NCBI GenBank assembly: GCA_963706575.1
Contig: CAVPNL010000001.1
Span: forward strand, 352,001 to 416,000
Direction: 5' to 3'
Length of the DNA stretch: 64,000 nt
From: an uncultured delta proteobacterium
GTDB lineage: Bacteria; Desulfobacterota; Desulfobacteria; Desulfobacterales; JAHEIW01
Shown: positions 1-12,441 of the stretch, piece by piece
Layout of the letters: every line of letters begins with the position of its first letter
Numbering within the stretch: the stretch's first letter is position 1
Made by a program: the position numbers and the translations under genes
The notes under the pieces: generated by a model
What the model saw: the letters and a program-made list of their open reading frames with translations, nothing else
What the model was told of the DNA's origin: nothing
Database searches by the model: none

Positions 1-101
1 AGTTGATTCAGCGCGAGATTAATCTGGCTGAGATCAAAGACCAGTTTACCAGTGACCCGCTGGATACGGGTAGGTTGTTGATGACAAAACTCTGGCGTTA
101 G
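1..101 (+). CDS. C-terminal fragment of FAD/NAD-dependent oxidoreductase, PadH-like (partial at window edge)
   Basis: Frame from nt 3 reads LIQREINLAEIKDQFTSDPLDTGRLLMTKLWR*; resembles the end of the phenylglyoxylate dehydrogenase epsilon subunit and lies directly before a padI-like gene. Confidence 0.5.
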   Translation, partial: LIQREINLAEIKDQFTSDPLDTGRLLMTKLWR

Positions 102-158
102 CTTTCGGTGCCTCAATAGGCCAATTTTCAATTTTCAATTTTTTAAAGGAGTCAACCC

Positions 159-1493
159 GTGGGAAAAGGGTACAATACCATTGCTTTTTATCCGGACAAA
201 TGTGACGGCTGCAACGATTGTGTAAAAACATGTGCCTATCTGCATACCGAAAGCGTGGATCCTGCGCATTCACGCATTAAAATCGTATCGGATTCAATCG
301 AGAAATCCTATGGAATTGCCCAGTGCCGACAGTGTGGAGAGCCGCGCTGTGTGCAGGACTGCCCGGCCAAGGCATTGAGTAAAAATGAAGATACGGGTGT
401 GATTCAGTGGGATGAGGCCAGATGCGTCAATTGTCAGCTCTGTACCCTGGCATGTTCCTATGCCGGGATCACGTATAATTTCAAGGGCCGGCCATGTCAT
501 GAAATGCGATCATTGCGATGGAGATCCCGGCTGTGTCAAGGCCTGTAAGCCGGGCGCCCTGGAATACGTTACCACCGCCGACATTTACAACAAATGGGGT
601 GAACTGGAAGATCTTTTTGTTCCGGGGCTTTCGGCCTGCCTGGGGTGTAATTCCGAGCTTTTGATTCGTCACAGTTTGCGAAGAATCGGACCCAACACCG
701 TTGTCGCAACCCCACCGGGATGTATTCCCGGGGTCGGCACGGTTGGGGTAAACGGCCTGACAGGGACCAAAACCCCGGTGTTCCATCCCCTGTTAACCAA
801 TACGGCATCCATGCTGGCCGGTGCACGGCGCTATTATAATCGCATTGGGCGAGATGTGACCATGCTGGCCCTTGCGGGAGACGGCGGCACCGCTGATGTC
901 GGATTTCAATCGCTTTCGGGAGCCGCCGAGCGTGGCGAACAGATGATTTATATCTGTGTGGACAATGAGGGTTACATGAATACCGGTGTCCAGCGTTCCA
1001 GTACGACACCTTTTGGTGCCTGGACTTCAACAACGCCCGTCGGGTCGAATTTGCGTGGAAAGACCCGTGACTCCAAAGTATATGCCGATCATTATGTTGA
1101 TGCATAATTGTGAATATGTCGCAACGGCCTCAACGGCTTTTATGGAAGATTATTACGCCAAGCTGGATAAGGCCATGCAGGCATCCAAAACGCGGTATGG
1201 CCTATCTGCATGTGTTCTCGCCCTGTCCAACCGGTTGGCGGTTTCCCCCGAATCTGTTGATCGAAATCGGACGCAAGGCGGTCGAGGCAAATTTGGTGCC
1301 TTTGTGGGAATATTCGGTCGAGACAGGCAGGCTCCAATTTACCCATTCCATTGACAACCCGCTGCCGGTGAAAGAGTTTTTATCTTTGATCGGAAAATAC
1401 CGTCACTTAAATCAATCTGAAATTGACCATATTCAGAAGACCGCCGAACAACGTCTTGAGATGCTTGTCAGCTTTGAACACCAGAAGGCCTGA
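159..1493 (+). CDS. padI: 2-oxoacid:acceptor oxidoreductase beta subunit with N-terminal 4Fe-4S dicluster (PadI-like); split by three frameshifts (~481, ~1078, ~1190)
   Basis: ORFs 159-548, 412-1107, 986-1354 and 1110-1493 join into one protein: CxxCxxC motifs, ACLGC, TPP motif GDGG...DNEGYMNTGVQRS, FSPCPTGW. Confidence 0.75.
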
Positions 1494-1833
1494 ATCCACT
1501 TCAGGTCACCTTCAACCAAGTTTGAAAGCGCTAACCATCCATTGGGGCCGTACTCTCGCCGGAAATGATAAAGACACGCGGATGCCATTTTTCCGTTGAC
1601 AGGCCTAATTCCTAATATTAATAAACATATTAGATCTTTAGAAACCTAACCGAAAGTAAATGATTCCTTAATCTATGCTTTTTCTATCGCATTTCTTTCT
1701 GGATGATGCCCTTTGTAACCCTTTTAAAAAGGTTACCTCTTAGGAGACTCATAGCTTGAAACAGAAGCGGAATTGGCAGGATTTGCTTTTTTGATTTACG
1801 GTACAAAAAGCCATCAATAACAAGGAGATATCA

Positions 1834-2256
1834 ATGAATGTTAACAAAATCGATCATATCTGCATCGCCGTTAAAAATCTTGATGAGGCCAGAAAAGTAT
1901 GGGAGCCGGCGTTGGGAAAATCCAGGCCGGACGATGAATACATTGATGAGCCGGAAAAAATCAAGGTTGCCAGATATTGGCTTGGCGAGGTGGGGTTTGA
2001 GCTGATGGAGTCCACGGCCCCGGACGGTGATGTCGCTAAGTTTATTGAAAAAAGAGGCGAGGGAGTCATGCTCATCAGCCTCAATGTTGATAATACCCGT
2101 GAAGCCATGGAAGAATTAACGGCAAAAGACTACCCCATTATCGGCGGCATCCGGTCTTTCAGGGACTGTGAGTTTGCATTCGTCCATCCCAAGAAAATGA
2201 ATGGGGTCCTCCTTGAATTTATCGATTATAAATGGCGCGAGTTTGAAGATCGCTAA
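1834..2256 (+). CDS. VOC/glyoxalase family protein, methylmalonyl-CoA epimerase-like
   Basis: IDHICIAV, ELMES, FIEKRGEG, FVHPKKMNGVLLEF; RBS AGGAGA. Confidence 0.85.
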   Translation: MNVNKIDHICIAVKNLDEARKVWEPALGKSRPDDEYIDEPEKIKVARYWLGEVGFELMESTAPDGDVAKFIEKRGEGVMLISLNVDNTREAMEELTAKDYPIIGGIRSFRDCEFAFVHPKKMNGVLLEFIDYKWREFEDR

Positions 2257-2279
2257 TGCTTAGCAGATTACACCTTTTA

Positions 2280-2342
2280 TTCGTGGCTGGAAGCCACTCC
2301 CACCTCTCGGTGTCAAATGTGGGAGCGGCATCTTGCCGCGAT
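2280..2342. repeat. Inverted REP doublet (REPIN-like)
   Basis: TCGTGGCTGGAAGCCACTCCCAC ... GTGGGAGCGGCATCTTGCCGCGA form an imperfect inverted pair with GTGG ends. Confidence 0.7.
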
Positions 2343-2362
2343 ATTTGAGAGGAGTTATCAAA

Positions 2363-3544
2363 ATGACGATATCGAATAAAATAGAGGATATTATTTCCAG
2401 GGCGTCTTTTATTCGCAAAATGTTTGAAGAAGGGGCGCAGTTGAAGGCCGAATACGGCGCCGAAAACGTTTATGATTTCAGCCTGGGTAATCCCAATCTG
2501 CCGCCGCCCGAAAAATTCAACGAATTACTCAGAGACACGGTGGATTCATGCGGGTTGGGCGATCACTGTTATATGCCCAATACCGGGTATCCGATGGTGT
2601 GTGGTTCTGTAGCTGATTATCTCGCTGAAGAACAGCAGGCGCCGGTTACCGATAAGGAAGTGATGATGACCTGCGGTGCATCGGGGGCGCTGAACGTTGC
2701 CTTAAAAACAATTCTTGATCCTGGAGATGAAGTTCTCACGCCTATGCCTTGTTTTGTCGAATATAAATTCTATGCCGATAATCATGGTGGCACACTGAAA
2801 ACCGTTGCCACCAAACCCGACTTCCAGCTCGACCTCGACGCCCTGTCCGAGGCCATAAACAAAAAAACCAAAGCGGTATTGATCAATTCGCCCAATAATC
2901 CGACCGGGCAAGTTTATCCGGAAGAAGATCTGGTGGCCCTCGGTGAGCTGCTGGAGAAAAAGGGCAAAGAATACAATCGCACCATTTATTTAATCTCCGA
3001 TGAGCCCTATCGCAAAATCGTTTACGATGGTGTTCAGGTTCCGAGCATCTTTACCAGTTATAAAAACAGTATAATCGGCACTTCCTATTCCAAGGATATT
3101 TCTATTCCCGGAGAACGCATCGGCTTTATTGCGGTAAATCCGGCGGCGACATATAAAAAGGATTTGGTTGCCGGCATTGCAGTGGCCAATCGGATTCTGG
3201 GGTTTGTCAATGCGCCGGCCCTGATGCAACGGGTTGTCGCCTGTATGCAGGGAATGAGTGTGGAAATAGCCGAATACGCCCGGAAGAGAGAAATACTGTG
3301 TGATGGACTGGCGGGTTTTGGATACGAATTTATCAAGCCGCTGGGGACGTTTTACCTTTTTCCACGTTCACCGATTGCGGATGACGTTAAATTCGCGGAT
3401 GCCTTAAAAGATGAACGCGTGCTGGTGGTGCCGGGGAGTGGCTTTGACGGCCCCGGTCATTTCCGTATTGCATTTTGTGTGGATGATGACGTGATTCAGA
3501 ATTCAATGCCGGGTTTTGAACGGGCGATCAAAAAATTTAAATAG
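2363..3544 (+). CDS. PLP-dependent aminotransferase class I/II (aspartate aminotransferase-like)
   Basis: DFSLGNP, NSPNNPTG, SDEPY, SYSK...PGERIG; ATG at 2363 after GAGGAG. Confidence 0.9.
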   Translation: MTISNKIEDIISRASFIRKMFEEGAQLKAEYGAENVYDFSLGNPNLPPPEKFNELLRDTVDSCGLGDHCYMPNTGYPMVCGSVADYLAEEQQAPVTDKEVMMTCGASGALNVALKTILDPGDEVLTPMPCFVEYKFYADNHGGTLKTVATKPDFQLDLDALSEAINKKTKAVLINSPNNPTGQVYPEEDLVALGELLEKKGKEYNRTIYLISDEPYRKIVYDGVQVPSIFTSYKNSIIGTSYSKDISIPGERIGFIAVNPAATYKKDLVAGIAVANRILGFVNAPALMQRVVACMQGMSVEIAEYARKREILCDGLAGFGYEFIKPLGTFYLFPRSPIADDVKFADALKDERVLVVPGSGFDGPGHFRIAFCVDDDVIQNSMPGFERAIKKFK

Positions 3545-3681
3545 AATCCTTCTCAAAAATGCCTTTTGTAGTAATGTCTTTGCTGGAGCCTAGTTTCATA
3601 TCCTTGATTGATACGAATAATGAATTACCTTTATGGTTGTTCCACACCCGGCTGATTGTTTTCGCATAGAGGAGAGGGGAG

Positions 3682-4155
3682 ATGGATAAAGATAAATTGT
3701 TGGAAGGCAAACGCCTACTGATTGTAGACGATGAGCCCGATGTTTTGGATACGCTCGAAGATTTGCTGCCGATGTGCAGCATTACAAGGGCCGCCACATA
3801 TAATCAGGCCAAGACCTTACTGGAAGAACAATATTTTGACATGGCCATTTTGGATATTATGGGCGTCGAGGGATACGAATTGTTGAAGATTTGTAACCAG
3901 AAACGCGTCATCGGTGTGATGCTGACGGCCTATGCCGTGACGCCGGAAAATATCAAAAAGTCATACGAAGATGGGGCCGCCTCCTTCGTTCCCAAAGAGG
4001 AGATGCACAACATCACCACATTTTTAACCGACATTTACGAAGCCAAAGAAAAGGGTAAGAGTTTATGGTGGCGCTGGTTTGACCGGCTGGCCGATTATTG
4101 TGAACGCAAGTTCGGACCTGACTGGCAAAAGGAACACGGCTTTAAGGTGAGATAA
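3682..4155 (+). CDS. Response regulator receiver protein
   Basis: LIVDDEPD, LDIMG, MLTA, FVPK. Confidence 0.85.
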   Translation: MDKDKLLEGKRLLIVDDEPDVLDTLEDLLPMCSITRAATYNQAKTLLEEQYFDMAILDIMGVEGYELLKICNQKRVIGVMLTAYAVTPENIKKSYEDGAASFVPKEEMHNITTFLTDIYEAKEKGKSLWWRWFDRLADYCERKFGPDWQKEHGFKVR

Positions 4156-5014
4156 AAACAAATATCTGCAATTGAATTCCTTACAATTCATTCTTCGATT
4201 CGGATTGCCTGCCCGCCATCGTCATGCCACAAAGGTGATAGCGGCGGGTCGTTTCCCGTCATGACGTGTCCCCCCACGCCATGAACTGTCCCCCTGGGGC
4301 CATGAACTGCCTGCCGCGGCGAAGCTCAACAGAGCGAAGAGGCGTCGTTTTCCGCCATGAGCCGGCAAAGAAGTGAATTGCGTTGGTATCCTATTCACCC
4401 TTGAGGGGACCCCTGGAAGGGCACGCCATCCTGATCGATCTCTGCTTCGCCGCACCCAAATATTCATCGGTGGGTCCTCGGTTACGTCCTTGTTCCAGTC
4501 GTATTGAATTTCGGTGCCGATGCGAATCTGCCGGTCCAGGAGCAGGTCCGGGGTTCGGGTGCCCTCATCGGTGGGCAAGATGTCTATTGAGCGCGGCTAA
4601 TCATCTAATTTCCAAAAGCAAATCACCGGATTTGCTTTGCCGTTTTTTATTCTGGAGCAGCTTGACAAAGTGGATATAGATGCATAAGTTATTAATTAAA
4701 TTGACTATCGCAACATTTCTCTTTTCTACTTTTTAACTAACACCGGTTTGAATTTAGCCGGAGCTGGCCTCGCAACAGCCAACCACATTGCGCCCTATCA
4801 TTTGTTGATTTATTTCGGAAGATTACATTCTTTATCATTCTTTTCAAGAAAGACTTGATGCCATCAATCGCATTTACGATCGCTTTGGAAGGCAGGCTCG
4901 GGTAACAGCTTTTTCTTAGTGAAGGTGTAACCACCATGGTAGCTTTGTTAGATAGACGCAATGCGAAGCGTCACGGTTGCGATGGAGAAATAATTTAAAA
5001 GGAGAATTTGCACC

Positions 5015-5302
5015 ATGAAACTCAGACCATTACAGGATCGAATTTTAGTTCGACGGGCTAAAGAAGAGGAAAAAACAAAAGGTGGGATCATCATCCCGGA
5101 TACGGCCAAAGAAAAACCGATTGAAGGCAAAGTGATTGCTGCCGGCAATGGTAAAATCAGCGAAGAGGGAAAGCGAACAGCGCTTGAAGTCAAGAAAGGC
5201 GATCGGATTCTGTTCGGCAAATATTCGGGAACTGAAGTAACAATAGAGGGTGAAGAATGCCTTATCATGCGCGAGGATGACGTGCTTGGCGTCATCGAAT
5301 AA
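5015..5302 (+). CDS. groES: Co-chaperonin GroES
   Basis: [12 protein letters not shown]...[15 protein letters not shown]. Confidence 0.98.
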   Translation: MKLRPLQDRILVRRAKEEEKTKGGIIIPDTAKEKPIEGKVIAAGNGKISEEGKRTALEVKKGDRILFGKYSGTEVTIEGEECLIMREDDVLGVIE

Positions 5303-5321
5303 CAATTAAAATGGAGGTTAA

Positions 5322-6965
<1,644 letters not shown>

Positions 6966-7202
6966 ACCTCCGTCATTCCATAGCGTTTATGGTGGACATG
7001 ATGCAGGCCGATATTGCTTGTGAACCACTGTCGTACTTTGGGCAGCCGAATGAGAAGTTACCTTCATAAAGCGATAGCCAAGCTGGCTACCACCATAATC
7101 GCTAAAATGGCCAGATTGGGAAGAACGACGCTACGGTGCTCATTCTTCCCTTACCACTCGTGTAAATAGCGCCGGGCAATCAGTATAGCCTGATTTGCCT
7201 CG

Positions 7203-7544
7203 TTAATAACGCCCTCTGCCGCGTCGATCTCCCCCTCCGCGTCGATCTCTGTCCCCTTTTCTATCACGCGCTTCTTTTTTGTCTTTACCGCGACGGCTGT
7301 CAGCATGAGGTCGAGCCTCATTGACGGTAATCGTTCTCCCTTTCAAGGCCTTCCCATTTAAAACTTCGATTGCAGACTGAGCCTCAGCTTGAAAGGGCAT
7401 TTCCACGAATCCAAAGCCTTTTGATCGACCACTTTGTTCATCCTTGATAACAATTGCGGACGCGACCTGCCCGAAGGCCTCAAAAGCCTGGCGCAAATCA
7501 CCTTCGGTGACATTGTATGACAGGTTGCCAACGAAAATGTTCAT
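7203..7544 (-). CDS. RRM (RNP-1) RNA-binding protein with RGG-rich tail
   Basis: MNIFVGNLSY, RSKGFGFVEM, ITVNEARP. Confidence 0.93.
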   Translation of the reverse strand: MNIFVGNLSYNVTEGDLRQAFEAFGQVASAIVIKDEQSGRSKGFGFVEMPFQAEAQSAIEVLNGKALKGRTITVNEARPHADSRRGKDKKEARDRKGDRDRRGGGDRRGRGRY

Positions 7545-7819
7545 TTTAATCCCCTTTTTTAAAACCTAAATCTTTGACGCTTTTTAATACCTGCACTACT
7601 TGCCAAAATCGCAATTTGCGGTTTTACAGGGATTATCGCAGACATTTATATCACAAGGTTTTCAGTGCTGTCAAAAGCTGAGAGATATAGAACCAGATCT
7701 TTAAACTACCAAGCATGCAAGCTGAGCCCCAAAAAGATGTCTTTAAAAGTAACGGTTTCTTTATAAAAACAACCTTATTTCATGGACTTTGCACAATTCA
7801 TGCTTATGTTATTAATAGA

Positions 7820-7925
7820 TGTTAAGTGCCACACCAACTTCGACACCTATAAAAAAGCCATCGGCAGGCTTAGAGCCGCCAAAGGTTATACCTTAAAAAA
7901 GGGAGTTTGAACGTGGCACTTAACA
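7820..7925 (+). ncRNA. Candidate structured RNA, copy 1 (106-nt irregular hairpin)
   Basis: Perfect 13-bp terminal inverted repeat TGTTAAGTGCCAC/GTGGCACTTAACA, inner GGCAGGCT-TAG-AGCCGCC stem; identical in copy 2; promoter-like motif just upstream. Confidence 0.4.
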
Positions 7926-8322
7926 GGTTTCTCGGGTGTGCGTGCATCCTTTCTGATGGATTTTAACGGCACCTTTGATTCCACCTTTCTTTTAACCCCC
8001 AATAAGGGCCTTCCTGTGAGGAAACTACTCAAAATGCCTTAACTATGCTCCCAAATATGATTGCGATGTTCCGTCGCGAGGTGGTGACCCTTCATTTCTC
8101 TATTGGATACCACCAAGATCATCTTACCGCATTTTTAACCTTAACCAATTTGAGCCGTTCACCAAGACAAAGTTAACTCTATTTTACCTTTATAGGAAGA
8201 TTTTCCCTTGAAAAAATACTCAAATAGTGCCGGCGCTGCTTCTGATAGAATGAATGTGATCTGTCGTGAGCTTCAAATGCTATTTGGTTCATATACATAC
8301 TAAAATAAAATGGGGGTATTAA

Positions 8323-8673
8323 ATGAAACCAGAAAATGCGGGGAAAATTAAGTATGGAGTTTGGGGTCTTATTGTTGGGGCAGTCATCGCAATGATCATC
8401 GGTTTTGCGTGGGGGGGGTGGACAACCTCCAAGACTACCAAAACGATGTCCGAAGAGGCGGTCTTGGCGAGTCAGGCGGCGATCTGCGTCGCCCAATTTA
8501 TGAAGGAACCGAACCATAAAGAGAAACTTAAGGAATTAAGGGAACTAGATTCATGGAAGAGAGGTGAATTCATTGAAAAAGGCGGCTGGGATAAAATGCC
8601 CGGGCAGGAAAAGGCTGGCTATCTTGTCGCCCGAGCATGCTCCGATGGGCTTGAACTTCTTTTCGAAAAATGA
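8323..8673 (+). CDS. Membrane-anchored hypothetical protein (GFAWGGW / GGWDKMPG motifs), paralog 1
   Basis: N-terminal TM helix, two conserved Cys; near-identical paralog at 21267-21617. Confidence 0.85.
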   Translation: MKPENAGKIKYGVWGLIVGAVIAMIIGFAWGGWTTSKTTKTMSEEAVLASQAAICVAQFMKEPNHKEKLKELRELDSWKRGEFIEKGGWDKMPGQEKAGYLVARACSDGLELLFEK

Positions 8674-8835
8674 GATGAATGAAATAGCTGTTAAAGGTGA
8701 TTCATAATTTATTTTATGTGGGTCACCTTTTTGTTTCATGTCAAGTTCTTTTACCTTGCGAACGTATTCCAAAAACTCTTTTTCAAGTTGCCTAATTTTT
8801 CGTTCCAATTCGTTGTAAGTCGGTTTTGTTGCCAT
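8551..8835 (-). pseudogene. Probably truncated coiled-coil gene (MATKPTYNELERKIRQLEKE), interrupted by the end of the duplicated segment
   Basis: N-terminus typical of deltaproteobacterial PAS/sensor proteins; the frame runs into the repeat boundary at ~8732. Confidence 0.4.
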
Positions 8836-8980
8836 GAGAATGGCCTTTTCAAATTAATTTTAAATAATTTTTCCAATTGCCTGATCTTATTGGCGACAGC
8901 ATTTATAAAATGCTTTCCACTCATATCAAGGTTTATTAGAACTTTTTAAACATCTCTTCGGCTTCCGGGTCAACGTATTT

Positions 8981-10896
8981 TCAGGATGGCCGTCCAGGCG
9001 ATGTAACTGTCATTCCGGGTGTAGACGCGGACAACATTTTTCTCAGCTCCTCTCCCTGCACACTTTCATTCTGCGAAAGGAGATGAGCCAAATCATCCAG
9101 GACGTTCCGCCGCTCCGAGAGGATTTTTAGCACGCGTCTGATGGGCTTCCTCGACGAACCGGGCGACCTCTTCGTCTATTTGGGCGGCTTTGGCTTCACT
9201 GTAGTTTTTACCGGAAGCAAAACTTTCCGGCAGAAACATCGGCTGACGGGGGCGCTCATAGGCCACCAGTCCCAGGCGATCGCTCATTCCATATTCCGTG
9301 ACCATGGACCGCGCAATGTCGGTAGCCCGCTGCAGGTCGTTTTGGGCGCCGGTGGAGATTTCTTCGAAAACCAGCTCCTCCGCCACCCTGCCGCCTAAGA
9401 GTACGGCCAGCCGGTCCAGCAGCTCCGAGCGCGTCATTAAATAGCGGTCCTCGGTGGGTTGCTGTTGGGTATATCCGAGAGCCGCAATCCCCCGGGGAAT
9501 AATGGAGATCTTGTGCACCGGGTCGGCATGCTCAACAGACTCGGCCACAATCGCATGTCCGGACTCATGAAAGGCGACTGATTTCTTTCTCCTGCGGATT
9601 CATCACCCGGTTTTTTTTCTGCAGGCCCGCAACCACCCGGTCGATGGCCTCGTCGAAATCCGCCAGCCCCACCCATTCCTTATCTTTACGGGCAGCCAGA
9701 AGGGCGGCCTCATTGATGATGTTGGCCAGATCGGCTCCCACAAAGCCCGGAGTGCGGCCGGCGATCTTATGCAAATCAACCGCGGGGTCTAAAACAACAT
9801 TCTTGCAGTGAATTTTCAGGATGGCTTCGCGCCCGTTGATATCCGGCCGGTCTACCAGAACCTGCCGATCAAACCGCCCCGGGCGCAACAAGGCAGGATC
9901 CAGGATTTCCGGCCGATTGGTGGCGGCCATGATGATGACCCCTTTATTTGTCTCGAACCCATCCATCTCCACCAGAAGCTGGTTGAGCGTCTGCTCGCGT
10001 TCGTCATGACCGCCCATGACATTCATTCCCCGGGCTTTCCCCAACGCGTCCAGTTCATCGATAAAGATGATGCAGGGCGCCTGGGCGGCGGCCTGAGCAA
10101 AAAGATCGCGAACACGGGCTGCACCCACGCCGACAAACATCTCCACAAACTCAGACCCGCTGATGCTGAAAAAAGGCACTTCGGCCTCCCCGGCCACAGC
10201 CCTTGCCAGAAGGGTTTTGCCGGTCCCCGGCGGGCCAACCAGAAGCACCCCTTTGGGAATCCTGCCCCCCAGTTTCTGGAATTTTCCCGGATTGCTCAAA
10301 AATTCAACTACCTCCTGGAGCTCTTCTTTGGCCTCATCGATGCCGGCCGCATCGTCGAAATTAACCTTGGTTTCACTTTCGGCAAAAATTTTGGCTTTGC
10401 TTTTGCTAAAAGACATCACCCCCATGCCCGGCCCCATCTTTTTCATGGCGTAGCGCCAGATCAGGAAAAAAATGCCAATGGGGATAATCCAGGATAGAAG
10501 CGTGCTCAGAAGTTTGCTCTCATAGTGTCCGGAGTAATTGACTTTGTGTTCATCCAGATCCTTCACCAGGTCGGGATCATCCACACGAATGGTGGTGAAC
10601 TTCTGGACCGGCTCTCCCTTCAGCGTTCCGTTGATATTTTCTGGGCCGATAATCAATTTGCCAACGTTGCCTTCGGCGATGTAGTGTTTGAACTGGCTGT
10701 AGGGAATCGTCTCCACTTTTGCGGAAAAAAAATATTGTTGCAGGTAGGCGAATAAAAATATGGCGATCAGGAAATACCAGATGCTAAAATGAGCCTTAGG
10801 GGGCAAAGTATTTTTCTGGCGTTCCTTGAAACCGATAAGGGAACGCAAATTATCTAAGAAATTTTTCTGCGGATCTTTATTTCCATTGGATGCCAT
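8981..10896 (-). CDS. ftsH: ATP-dependent zinc metalloprotease FtsH; two +1 frameshifts (~9578, ~9137)
   Basis: [26 protein letters not shown]; removing one base restores VAFHESGH and later [10 protein letters not shown]...GRPS*. Confidence 0.93.
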
Positions 10897-11053
10897 TTTC
10901 ATATCCCTATATTTTTCTGCGATAACGCACCATGCCTGTTTGAAATTCAAGGCACCTCAATTAGACTCCCGAAGGACCCACTGCCGGTAAAAACGTACAA
11001 TTTTTGAAATTTGATTGAGCAGCCGACTGTTATTCAAACGCGCTTGATTGAAA

Positions 11054-11323
11054 TCAGGAAAGATATTTTGTCAATTCCCGCATGGCCTTCACAATATCCT
11101 GGATTGCCTCGTGCATACCCTCGGCACCGGAGTTTGTTTTCTTCTCGATCTTGCCTTGAACTTCGGATTTGATTTTTTTCAAGTTTTGTGCATGTTTTTC
11201 AAACTGCAGACGATGCTCTTCTTGCATGTCGTTGATGGCATCGGAATTAATCTGTTCGATGAGTTCATCGGCCTCTGCCAATAATTGCTCGATATTCTCA
11301 GATTCTACCTTCTCTGGCATCAT
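11054..11323 (-). CDS. Small helical hypothetical protein between hflC and ftsH
   Basis: 89 aa, RBS AAGGA, same strand as flanking genes. Confidence 0.7.
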   Translation of the reverse strand: MMPEKVESENIEQLLAEADELIEQINSDAINDMQEEHRLQFEKHAQNLKKIKSEVQGKIEKKTNSGAEGMHEAIQDIVKAMRELTKYLS

Positions 11324-11442
11324 GTTTCCTTTCCGATGTGTTTTTGCGCGTCATTGCATGGAATATGAGAGTCGTGGACGCTTTTCACAATCACCACCGT
11401 CATTTTCAGCCGGGGACCGCTTTTACGGGCAACGTTTCCTGC

Positions 11443-12441
11443 TTACGGTGTCGTTCCCCGTGAAACCGGAGCCGATAGGGTCTGCGTTTCGCCTGGACGC
11501 GCTTGCTTGATATATTGATAAAAGTCGCTGTCCGTGGTGAGGATCAGTACGGAATTCTTATTCGTCTTCTCTTTGTAGCTTTCAAGGGTGCGCAAGAAGG
11601 CATAAAATTCAGGATTTCGATTGTAAGCTTTGCCGTAAATGCGCGTGGCATCAGCGTCGGCCTGGCCCTGGATCTCCTGTACCGTGCGGTAGGCCGCAGA
11701 GCGGATCTGACGCAGCTCTTTTTCCATCGTCCCGAGGATCTCCGCACTGCGTCCTTCTCCCTCCGAGCGGAACTGCGCGGCGATGCGTTTGCGCTCGGAG
11801 ATCATGCGCTCATAGACCTTTTCGCGAACGCTTTCCACGTAATCGAGGCGCTTGATACGAACATCCACCAGCTCGATGCCGTATTGAGGAATGATCTTTT
11901 GGGCTTCAGTCAGTATCGTTCGGGTAATTTCCTCCCTGCCACGGGCAATCTCTTTCTTAAGCTCTTCTTCCCGCTCCTTGGGGATATCTTTCAGCGCTTC
12001 GTCCTTGGGGACTTCCCACGATGCGCTGCGGACAAGCTCCACGAGTTCGCTGCTCGACACCTGGTCGCGCACCACCGAATCGAGGATATCGTTCAAGCGG
12101 TTCTGAGCGCCCGCTTCGCTGGCCACATTCTCAAGGAATTTTTTCGCGTCTGCAATCCGCCATCGCGCCGTGGTGTCCACCCAGATAAACTCGCGCCCTT
12201 TGGTGGGGATCTGGTTCGGATCACCATCCCAGACGAGCAGGCGCTTTTCAAATCGCCGGACCTCTTGCACAAAGGGCAGTTTAATGTGCAGCCCCGCCTC
12301 GGTCACCGGTTCCCCCACCGGCCGGCCAAACTGCACGACAATCGCCTGCAGGCCCTCTTCCAAAGTGTAAAGCCCGCTATAGATTACGATAAGGATAACC
12401 ACCGCCAGGCCGATGATCGCCGTTTTCAAAGTAAACTTCAT
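11443..12441 (-). CDS. hflC: FtsH modulator HflC
   Basis: SPFH domain, VYERMISER, PEFYAFLRTLESY. Confidence 0.95.
   Translation of the reverse strand: MKFTLKTAIIGLAVVILIVIYSGLYTLEEGLQAIVVQFGRPVGEPVTEAGLHIKLPFVQEVRRFEKRLLVWDGDPNQIPTKGREFIWVDTTARWRIADAKKFLENVASEAGAQNRLNDILDSVVRDQVSSSELVELVRSASWEVPKDEALKDIPKEREEELKKEIARGREEITRTILTEAQKIIPQYGIELVDVRIKRLDYVESVREKVYERMISERKRIAAQFRSEGEGRSAEILGTMEKELRQIRSAAYRTVQEIQGQADADATRIYGKAYNRNPEFYAFLRTLESYKEKTNKNSVLILTTDSDFYQYIKQARPGETQTLSAPVSRGTTP

Larger units (their letters stand above)
7508..8732 (+). repeat. Copy 1 of ~1.2-kb direct duplication
   Basis: Aligns by eye end to end with 20449-21676, with scattered substitutions. Confidence 0.93.

Noticed and set aside
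1772..1787. TTGGCAGGATTTGCT as a sigma54 promoter
   Set aside because: GG and GC are 8 nt apart, not the required 10
4222..4578. 118-aa minus-strand ORF as an intact gene
   Set aside because: No RBS, and the second half looks like out-of-frame read-through; treated as a remnant
4860..5014. CIRCE operator upstream of groES
   Set aside because: No TTAGCACTC-N9-GAGTGCTAA found
7820..7925. Assignment of the hairpin to 6S RNA, C4 antisense RNA or a riboswitch
   Set aside because: Too short for 6S and no diagnostic motifs recognised; left as an unclassified candidate
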